In this document: in pieces, positions 41,000 to 51,563 of the stretch | Position numbering within the stretch: position 1 is the first letter of the stretch | How the letters are laid out: the number at the start of each line of letters is the position of its first letter | Origin: Schmidtea polychroa | Lineage: Eukaryota | DNA length: 64,000 nucleotides | Reading direction: 5' to 3' | NCBI GenBank assembly: GCA_044892525.1 | Contig: CM097886.1 | Span: 39,432,001 to 39,496,000 of the forward strand | Notes under the pieces: model-generated | Seen by the model: only the letters and a program-made list of their open reading frames with translations | Database searches by the model: none | Told to the model about the DNA's origin: nothing | Translations under genes and position numbers: made by a program

Positions 41000-41830
41000 C
41001 ATCCATTGCCATAGAAATTATCCAGTTATTAAATCTTCTCAATTAATTTTCCTAAACTCGAAACCCAGCTACATCTCTTTTTCATATACTAATAGATATG
41101 ACACTTCTTAAGTTGTGCATGCATGATTTAGAGTAATTTGGAGTATTTTGACAAATAAATTCTGATCAAAGGCCAGTATTTTTTTAACTAAAAATTTACC
41201 GAAGGCAGTTAACAGAAAAAAAATCCGATGTATAATAATTTACTTGAACTATATTGGTTAAAAGACTAACAATTATTTTTCAACATAATTTTTATATAGA
41301 ATATTTTGAGAACAATAAAGCGCATAACAATGTAATGAAAGCGATTGGCATTTATAGACCATGTATAACAACAAAACATTGATTAACGGTTGGGGTGACT
41401 CTGGCAGAGTCATCAATTTACTAAATAGATCTTGATTTGCATCTGTTGAAACCGTTTTCACGAGGATTTGTGATGGAACTCTACTGTTCATTAAAATATC
41501 ACATATTTTCAGAAAAAGTCCACTCGTAAGAATGTCATTTTTACATGCAATCATATATTTATTTTTGTTATGACGGAAAACCATATTTTTCAAAATTTCA
41601 AGTAACAATTGTACATTAGCTAGTTTCTTTTGCAGCAATCCATTCTCAGATTCATCAACTTCTTCATCTTTTTTGTTATCAACAATCTAAGATCTCTTCT
41701 GAATTATCATCAGATTAATTTGGAATTTTAACATTAAAATAGACATTTCTCACGGACTTTCACCTTCGCAAAACATATCAAATTTTCGATCCATATAATC
41801 ATAAAAAAATATTTCTAAATCATTAGTAGT
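41000..41830 (-). pseudogene. USO1: Decayed USO1/p115 vesicle-tethering factor fragment (armadillo head)
   Basis: ORF 41273-41638: GLFLKICDILMNSRVPSQILVKT..NQDLF..PQPLINVLLLYMV..QSLSLHCYALYCSQNILYKN aligns with p115 GLLQQLCTILMATGVPADILTET..NQDYF..PRPAIVVLLMSMV..QPFVLRCAVLYCFQCFLYKN. Short internal deletion, stops on both sides. Confidence 0.75.
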
Positions 41831-44400
41831 ATGATATTTCCGAAAAAAATAGTAAAATCATTTATATTTTTCTTCATCTTTGATCTAATTTCGTTTTTGA
41901 GTTCGTTTAGTTTTTTATTTAAAATTTTAGAAATTCGGAAGAATTAAAATGATTAGGGTTGTATCAATTTTTATTTATACTCTGAAATCGCTGCAACAAA
42001 ATATTTTCCATTCGAGACTCACCAAGCTCCTTTTTCACACTTATGTTTGAACCAGACAGCTAAGTGTTATTGAGGCAGATCCATTTTTAGTGTATTACAT
42101 TAAGACTAATTCAGTAGCTATTAGACACAGTTTGGCATTGAAATTCCATTAATTAACTTGGGAAAGCCAATTCATTAGGTTTACAGTTTCGAAAAATATA
42201 TTGATTCTAAGATAGTAACTCATGAGTGATGAGATAATCAGACTTCACGTAACTCACAGCACTCATTTAGAATTCGTACGTTTATTTAATCTTTAATTAG
42301 TTTTATTTTATTACACGTCTGACCATTCCACATCTTTTGACATTCTGTCAACATACTCCTAAAAATAACCATGTAACATAACTTATTGCCTTAACAAGCA
42401 AGTATATAAAATATTAGTGGTGGAAAGTGAACAGTGTCTCCCAAGCCAAAAAACGATTATTGATGAAATACTCGCTAACTATTATTTTTGGTGAAAAAAA
42501 ATTTAATAACATTTCAATGGAGAAATTTTCAACATTGAAAAATTTTGAATAGTCTCATTAATCAATAAAGATGGTTTGAATGGTATAATCATTTTAAAAT
42601 GTACAGTAAAGCATGGTCTGAGTATGAATTATGTAATTGGACTAATAGTTTGAAATACATAAATTTGAGTAGACTATAAAACAACTAGTTAAAATTATAT
42701 ATCAATGACATTTTTAAAAATTAATCATGGCAGATCTCATAAAGTCAAGAATTGAAATAATAATTGAATTTTTGACAAAAGATAATTAAGTTAAATTTAT
42801 AAAAATCTCTTCAAAAATGAAATAGTTATTAAATGTTTTAGTAAAATAAGATAAAACTTGAACTAAATTTTAATATGAAATAAGCGTGATTTAAATCGCA
42901 TAATTATTTAAGATGTACCAAAATTAGGCAAACGCAGTGTTTTAATGATATTTTTAAAAAGGTGCAAATAAGTAAGTATGGATGACATAATTTGTAATTT
43001 TTTTAAATAAAGCAAGCCAGATCTCATTAAGTCAATAATTGACATAAAATATATAATAAAAAATATTTTAAATATTAATCAAATTTAAATAATTAATAAA
43101 ATTGAATGATAAATGGAGCAATGATTTTTAAATAAATGCTTGAAGCTATAATTTTAAAGAATCATTTTTTGAAAGTATAATTTTAATAATAATAAATCCA
43201 AAAACATTCAAGCTGTAAGTTTAAAATATTAGTGATATACGCAACTTATTTTGTTGTCATTAATCATAGTAAAAACCATCCAACCAACTAGCAAAAATGG
43301 GACTCTGTCCAGAAAATAAACAATCTATGGAAGGCAGAAGAGCTGAGTAACGAAATAAAAATGAAAGATAATAGAAGTGAATTGGATACATTTTTAATTA
43401 AATTGTTACCAGTAATTGGAACAGATTTTGTTTGATTAAGAAATATGATGTCACTAAGAAGTCTAAAACGAACAAACCCATAATCTGCGATGGACTGGAT
43501 TAAGTAATTTGATTCAGAGTAAGTAATTTAATTCGGATTAAGTAAATTGATCTACAATCAGTATTGCATAATATGAAATAATTTTTTTGACCTAATGGAC
43601 AATTAAAAGCCTAAATAAGTCTTATTAAATGGTGAAATTCATACATCATTAGAAAGAAATTGAAAAAGGACAATTCCTTCAGTTAAAGTATTTAATAAAT
43701 AAGGATTCTTTGTATGAAAAGAAATAATATATCCAATTATATTATAAAAGAGAGGATTATCAAAAACCAAAAATGCATAAAGTTAACTCAATTCCTATCA
43801 AGTCTCACAGGAAAAATTCAATGTAACTATTTTCTGAAAAATACAGGTCATTTAAAAAAATAATTAAAAGTATTCAATCAATAGAGAAATAATTACCAAA
43901 TTAAAAATTTAGTAACAATAATTATTTATCAGGTGGTTGGGCCTTTTGAGATATGAATGGGTATCACAATTAAAACAATCAAAAACATATTAGTATTTGA
44001 ACGACATATGTATCTAATGCAAAAATGAAGAGGGAATGCAAAACCAGAAAATAGTAAATATACTAAGGGTATCTGTTTCGGCCCATTTCTAGTTCGCGCC
44101 TTGTTGTTAAAATGGTTATGTTGTGATGTGTGCGCACACAGACGCGGACAGGGTTATTTTTATGAAGACGAAAAAATCGAATGATGAATAGAAAGTATAT
44201 CACTGACTTTATGGAACAAAAAGAGAGCAAGTTATATAATTATAATGGTTCTGAAGAAACAGATAGTTTTTTTAGTGGATAAGGATATCAATCACTACTT
44301 AAAGAATGTCATTACCTTTTGATAATGTTGCAATACGGTGCTTGCTAAGCAGCCAATTAATGGAAAATCCCTTTATCGAAAAAGAAAGGGGCCGATGATT

Positions 44401-44506
44401 ATTGGTAAATCTGAAGCTGGTATTTCAAAACAAGGTCAAATCCGAGAGCATTCTTTGTTGTATTATACACTTGGAGTCCAGCAAATCATAGTTGATGTAA
44501 ATAAAA
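44401..44506 (+). pseudogene. EEF1A: Elongation factor 1-alpha fragment (about 35 codons)
   Basis: [34 protein letters not shown] vs eEF1A [34 protein letters not shown]. No flanking EF1A sequence or splice context. Confidence 0.85.
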
Positions 44507-44950
44507 CCTTGATTTAGACTTCATTTGGATTTGATTTGTTCAGTGTACAACCCTAACCCTATATTTTCAAGAATTAGTTTGTTAATACATGTTCTGAAAA
44601 AGAAATATGAATGATTTAGAAAACAAGTGTGTGATTGATGTAAAATATTGGGCTTTTGTAATAATGTATCATCATTGAATTATTATTTGATAAAATTAAA
44701 ATAGAGTAGGTCAAAATTAAGTAAGTTGCTAAGAGTGAATTATTAAATAAATTTGTTAGATCTTAAAATAAATTTAATATATCATTGATATAAATTAGTT
44801 CTTTAAATAAAAAAATGAATGTAATTGTTTAATTTGTAAAGAAAACCTTCAGTTTTTAAAGAAGTGTTTGAACAATTGCTAAAAACGTTTAGTGATTGAT
44901 TGAATTTAAGGGTAACAGTAATTGTAGTATCGTCAAATATATATGAAATT

Positions 44951-45560
44951 AAAATCGCCATTCTTACATAGTTTTCACTATATATTTCGATAGCATCACT
45001 ATCATCATCATTAAAATCTTATCAAAAAATTTTGATAATTGTTTTGAGCGTGTGATATGTGAAGCATTATTGATATGAACTTTTAATCCTAAAATCAATG
45101 TGCAGAATGCAGTGAATACGTGTGTGTTGAATGTTTTTAATTAATTTTTTGTTGATGTATATTGAATAATATAAAGTGATGATTTCTTAGTAGCAGTATT
45201 TATTATTTAAAACAATAAAGTGATAATTTAAGCCTTTTTCATTAAATACATTATTCGCAGCAAAAGGTTTAAATTATCACTTTATTATATTGAATAATAG
45301 TTATGTTAAATAATTAAAATAATATTTTTTTTAAAAAATTTTTATAAGTGAAAAATAATGTTTGTTGAAAATTATTTTTGAAAATAATTATTTAAAATTG
45401 TTATTTATAATTTAAAAATTTATAGATTTAATAATTTGTTTATAAAATATCAATATTGTATAGTTATTCATCCCTAGTGAATGTAGGTAACCTGATGATG
45501 ATATTGATGCCATCGAAATATATAGTGAAAAAGATGTACGAATGGCGATTTTTATTAATA
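44951..45560. mobile_element. Penelope-like remnant with inverted pseudo-LTRs
   Basis: 44951-45010 (-) and 45493-45552 (+) match at 55/60 and point outward. The right copy carries CTGATGA...TCGAAATATATA and is followed by AATAAA. Internal foldback at 45206-45280. Confidence 0.65.
45488..45528 (+). ncRNA. Minimal type I hammerhead-ribozyme-like motif (Penelope type), probably degenerate
   Basis: CTGATGA (45492-45498), short stem II, GAAA (45515-45518), palindromic TATA, UA, then GTGA able to pair partly with the upstream TAAC. Confidence 0.5.
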
Positions 45561-45659
45561 AAGTCTTTACCGTATATATGTAATAATTAGCAAATTTAAT
45601 TTTAAGGATAAAGAAAAAGATTGTAAAAATGTAAATATTTAAATTATTCATAACAATAT

Positions 45660-45755
45660 TGAGATTGACAAGGACTATCTTATAGTCGAAAATTTTTTCA
45701 TTAAATACATTATTTGCAGCAAAAGGCTTAAATTATCATTTTATTGTTTTAAATA
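45660..45755 (+). repeat. About 95-bp dispersed repeat; inverted copy at 59598-59697, partial copies at 45206-45280
   Basis: Shared TATCTTATAGTCGAAAATTTTTTCATT...ATTATT.GCA.CAA..GGCTTAAATTATCATTT.ATTGTTTTAAA. Confidence 0.85.
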
Positions 45756-47440
45756 TCATTTAACATCACAAAATTATATTTAATGAGAAAAATGTACAAA
45801 TAAAGAATTTAAAATTCTATTCTTTAATAATCAAGTATTTATTTAGCCTAAATATGAATCATTAGATTTCATTTGAATACATTTTTCTGTAAAAAAGTAT
45901 TTGTTCAAAAAATCGCCATAAAAATTAATTACTTGTTTTTAATGCGACAACAAAATCTTACACAAATATTATTATATCTAAATTCTCTAAACAAAAGTCA
46001 TAAGATGGAAATTCCCTGTTCAATTTTTCATGCAAATTTGGGTTTACTTAAATATGTTAACAAACCTTTTCTGTTATAAATAATAGACAGATTAAATATT
46101 AACGGGTGAGCATTTAAATAATCTAATTTTTTTCATACTCTAATACTTTTATGAAATAATGGACAGTACTCTGACTTCTCATAAAAGCATTTTGTTTTCA
46201 TTTAAATTTCNNNNNNNNNNNNNNNNNNNNNNNNNNNNNNNNNNNNNNNNNNNNNNNNNNNNNNNNNNNNNNNNNNNNNNNNNNNNNNNNNNNNNNNNNN
46301 NNNNNNNNNNNNNNNNNNNNNNNNNNNNNNNNNNNNNNNNNNNNNNNNNNNNNNNNNNNNNNNNNNNNNNNNNNNNNNNNNNNNNNNNNNNNNNNNNNNN
46401 NNNNNNNNNNNNNNNNNNNNNNNNNNNNNNNNNNNNNNNNNNNNNNNNNNNNNNNGGACCACCGCTAATCTATTTTAAGCTCAACAATTTTTTTATATTA
46501 ATTACATTTACATTCAAAATTAAATTGGTGATCGAAAATACACAAAACTTTGATCTCTGTCTAACTCTAGATACCGAATACTAAAACGGCATAAAATAAA
46601 AATATATTTTGCGGGTATGATTAATAAATCAATAAATAAATTAATGAGATTCATTTATACAAAAAAATAAGTAATACAGAATCAGTTACTTAAAAATTTT
46701 CTAAGTTCCAAGGCTGATCCTAAATAATACACCAACAGCTCATTTTAGGTAAATGGATAAAAATGAGGGGTTCCTTGAATAATTTCATGAGATAAAAAAT
46801 ATCACTGCTAGGAAATATATAAATTAAAACATAGGATAAATATAAAATTTAATTAGAATAAGAATGATTTCAATCCGAGATTGAATACAATTCAGTTATT
46901 CGACAAATTATTGGTTACAAAAATTCTGAACGTGATAAGATGTTAATAATCTAACTTTGACTAGCTCCATAATTTATATCAATTTTTGAGATTTAGTTCT
47001 AAATTCGATATTTGAGTCGTCTGCTTAGACGAACAAGTTATCAATTTTATTCACTTAGTAGTAAAATATGTTCACTCCTGGTTAAGTCATCTCACCATAT
47101 ATATTGTTATTATTTATTTTTACTATCATTATTAAAATTACCATTGTTATACAGGGTGTCAATTAGGTCCATTTGCAATTAAAAATAATTGCGACTTTGT
47201 ATGTATGTAATAGAAAGAATCTGTATAAAAGACTTTGATGTATCTAGTTTTTAGGTCTTTAAAAATAGCATTTAGTATTTGTTGACAAAATAACTGATTG
47301 TGAGTATTTCTATTTATCAGATCGTAAATGTTTGCAGAGAATTCAGAATCGAATTTTCTTTGTATTAGTAATGATAGTGTTTCTTCTTTCTTCTAAAACA
47401 TAGTGATATGTATTTTAATTGTACACGGATTTTATGGGTA

Positions 47441-47760
47441 CCGTATATAAAAAAAATTATTCACCCCTACACTTATTTTTGGTCAATTTTCATCAAATAT
47501 CCAAAAATACTTTATTGTAATGAAAGAATACTGCACGACACGGCTTATTACTGTATGAATCAAGTAATGATACAAGGAGAATGGCAATATAGTACACAAA
47601 AAATACACAAAAAGCACAACGCAGAAATAAGAATTTTGTTGGACTTTCTTTATTTTTGATGACTGCCTTAATGCGAGCCGGAATGGGTTCTATCAGCATA
47701 CTAAGGTAAGAATGTGAAATATTAAACCAGGCATCCTGAATAACATTTCTCATCATAGCC
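47441..47760 (-). mobile_element. Tc1-like element, 3' fragment
   Basis: Transposase C-terminus VIQDAWFNISHSYLSMLIEPIPARIKAVIKNK (47640-47756). TIR-like GGGGTGAATAATTTT...ATACGG|TA at the left end. Confidence 0.7.
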
Positions 47761-49609
47761 CTTGGTGCTCATCAAGCCGTTATTTTAAATAAGCCCACAT
47801 TTTATATATTGTTGAATTAAATTTTTTGTGTGCTCATCATTATAATCATCAACATCATCTTTATATAAATCAATAACAACAAAAAGAAGAAAAAGTTTTC
47901 TATTTTAATTTGATTGTGTATGTGCTAAATACATCATCATTTTCATAATTTAGTGATTTGACATACTGAAAGTTTTACTTCAATAAAGGTAAATAAAATT
48001 CACATACATACACGCAAGAATTACCCCCGATTACAAAGAAAACAGCAAAAAATTTATTATTAAATAATCATTTCTGGAAAAAAATCGGTAGTTAACGGGT
48101 TATTCGAATAATAAAAACGATTAATAAAAAAACGATTAATGATGCATATTACAAATAACGTATAAATAAAAAAGAATTTAAAAACAAACTTATTAAAATG
48201 TGGTTTAAAGTAAAATGATCTTTCTGCAGCGCGGCCTTTTCTAGAAACGTATCAACTGCATTTTATGAGGTTTTCCTATACTGAGTTATCTATTTAATAT
48301 AAATATTTATATTGCTCTAATATTTTGATACATACGTATTAATCTACTTTATTTTACTTTATTATTTCCTTTTCAGTACATTTCATTGAGTTTAAGAAAT
48401 ATTTTATCTTTTTAGTCTTTTGCTAATGTGTAACCCTTATTACTTTAAACTAAAATATTATGATGTAAGAATACTATTAAGTAAAATCTTACAACTATAC
48501 AATGTTAAAAGAAATTTACTTTCTTACTGTGGAATATAATTTAACATCGAAACTCAGTATTTATGCAAGGTTTCAAGTCAATCGAACCGGAAGTACATAA
48601 ATGAGTAAAAATAAAATGCCAAAATTTGGTCATAACAATTAAAAGAAGTTAAATAAAAATTTGAAATAGAAAAATTCATTTTGTTGTTATTTTGATGTTG
48701 CAATAAAACTTTTTTTTATTGATTTGATTATTTAATTATTATTTTAGGAAACTTCATTTATTCTCATTTTGATTGTTAAAATTGTAAATGGATATTTTGA
48801 TTAACAGTTGGATTATTTACGTTAATTTCAATAATATTTACATTGATGTAATAGTAATTGTAACAGATGCAATTGATTACATTTTATGAAATTTACGTTT
48901 TTGAGAATCGATGTGCTTATTTAAGTTTTTCAATATTGCATTGATTTTACTTTTATCTTTTACTGTTATGATTCTATTTCGATTATGTACAATGATATGT
49001 TTTGTTGTATATTGTGTAGATAAGGTAAATTATTAAATAAATAAATTGATCTTTCATTAATCCGGCCTATGTTTGTTTTATAAATTATATATTATCTTAT
49101 ATAAATGAATGTAAATCATATTTAAAAGTGCAAAATTTGAATATCAAATTCAATTTAAAATATAAAAGTCAATATTCTTGGGAAAGGATGTGGATTTGAT
49201 GCAATTACAAAGTTAAAGATATGTTCATTTATAATCGATGAACATTTCCTAGCAATGCAATTGCAAAATTACAAACTAATTGAAATGTCGTGAATAATAG
49301 TGAACGTTGATATTGCAGTTAAGCATATATATTAATCATTATTTTTATTAAGAAATCTGGGAGGGAATCGCATTGATGTTTATTGGAGCAACAGCGCATT
49401 AAAGAGAAGTTTACTTAATGGTGTAGTTGAAGATAAAATTTACCAAACCAAATTTGTAAAGTGCGTTGCAAGTTTTAGTCAGCTACTTCGTAGTCACATT
49501 TGTAATTGTAATTGTCATAATATCGTTGCATAAGGAATGTATTTGAATTTCTTACTCATAGTATCAATCTGTTGCTTCTGAATTGAACTGACAACTTATT
49601 GGATTAATC

Positions 49610-49778
49610 CAGTGCTACTCAACACAAACGTACTGCGGACCAAATATCTATCTATTCTTTGTACGTGAACCAATTTTAATTTTTCGCGGTTCAAAATATA
49701 ATTTTTAATATTTTGTTCAACAGATAAAAAAATTATATTTGTAGTACTCTTACGCGGAACAGCGGTTGAGAAACACTG
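49610..49778. mobile_element. Buster/Charlie-type hAT MITE (169 bp)
   Basis: TIR CAGTGCTACTCAAC / GTTGAGAAACACTG. Perfect TSD GATTAATC (49602-49609, 49779-49786). Confidence 0.92.
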
Positions 49779-50504
49779 GATTAATCATTTGTATTGTGAA
49801 ATATTTTTGTTGCAAAACAATTGTTAAGGATACATAAATTACAAATTTATGAATAAAATTACCTGTTGGAAGATCGTCATGACAAACGAGACGATCTACG
49901 GGAACTCAGAAAAGATAACGGAAGCAAAAAGAAATGAGAAAGAGGAATGAAACAAAAGAAATCAAACTTGAGAACAAAAACAAAGGTCAGTATTAATTAA
50001 TTAGTACAAAAAGGAAAATGAATTTCGAAATCGGGAAACTAGAAAAAACAACACTATTCTTATCTTGACAGCTTGTCAAAGATGGCGGAATTGCCGGGAG
50101 AAGGGGGTTGAACAAAAAAAGGGAAAGGGGAAAATATCTTGACAGCCGTCAGAAATAAAATTGGTACAGTCAGGAATAGGCAGGAGAAAAATTGGAAATA
50201 CATTTGATTGTCTTGAGTGCCACAAATAAAGCAAACTATAGTAGGATGAAGTGTGCTCCATGACTCATCGTTTCATTTTTTGCACTACCCCCGATGACTC
50301 ATTAAGGTCATATTTTTAGAAACTAGGTCAAGATCATTCTGTTTTCAGTAACAATGTCATATGACTCATCATCTCTTTTTATACATATATGGTGGAACAA
50401 TAACCTTCAAAGAGTGTCATAAATTAAATATTTTTCAAACCATTTTTCATTTTCAATATATATATATATATATATATATCATTCAAAGGGATTTTTGATT
50501 GTGA

Positions 50505-50850
50505 GTTCGAAGGTCCAAGAGTCGAAGGTTCAAAAATTTTAAAACTTTATAATATACATATCAACCAAGAGGGATTTGAAATGGTCATACTTTCAAAGAT
50601 TTATTATTGGTCCTGAGCCTTCAAAGGGTCCAAGGTTCAAATTTTTAAAACCTTATAATATACGTAACAAACAAAAGGTAATACAAAGACAAATATGATG
50701 GTCATGTCCTTGAAGGTCCAAGGTTCAAAATTTTAAAATCTTATAATATATATATCAAACAAAATGAAGTAGAATGGTGGATATAATGGTCATAACATCA
50801 AAGGTCATACCCTCGAAGGGTCCAAGGTTTAAATTTTTAAAAGTTTATAA
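50505..50850. repeat. Degenerate tandem repeat of about 90-105 bp (4 copies)
   Basis: Core GAAGGTCCAAGGTTCAAAATTTTAAAA.CTTATAAT near 50521, 50624, 50711 and 50816. Confidence 0.8.
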
Positions 50851-51563
50851 TTTTATTATTATTATTAATAATTTATTATTAATATTATTATTATTATTAT
50901 CAAAATTATTATTGCAAATATTAGTGAAAAACCTAAAATATTTACACACACAATTTATGGGGTAGAGACAGTGGCGTAGCTATGGTGGGGCGGGGGGGCG
51001 GGACGCCCCGGGCGGCACTTGCTCTGGGCGGCATTTTCGCGATGAGATCGTCTGTATGGTTCTTAAACCTGAATGCACTAAAATAAATATATACGTATAT
51101 ATTTGTTGCATGTACCAATCATACCCTGAATTTGTCCAGTCTACACGCAGCTTCAATGGCTATCAATTCGGTAACTTTTTTGGAGTTTTGGATCGCCTTT
51201 ACGTATTTTTTTCTTCCTCTACTCGTCGATGGAACATTCTGACATCGGCGACTTCTCAAAGTCTCAAACGCGTATTAGAAACTCGATGGAGTGCAAGGGC
51301 TAAAGCTGTGAGTGTCTTAAAAAATAATTTCTCAAACATTTTAAATTCTTTATAAGATTTGACTAGCGAAGAAGAAAACACATGCACCAGATCAGAAGCT
51401 GGCTTACTACTTGGTGCGTTGCAATCATTTTCATTTTTGTGTTTTCTTGGTCTATGGGAATCAGTTCTGGTAGAAATTAATGAAACACAGAATTACCTCC
51501 AAACTAAAGGGATAAATATACAAAATTGTGATATAAAACTTAAGGCTTTAAAGTCATTTTTAA

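Noticed and set aside
50505-50850. CRISPR-like appearance of the repeat array
   Set aside because: Eukaryotic context, degenerate repeats, related spacers and no cas genes.
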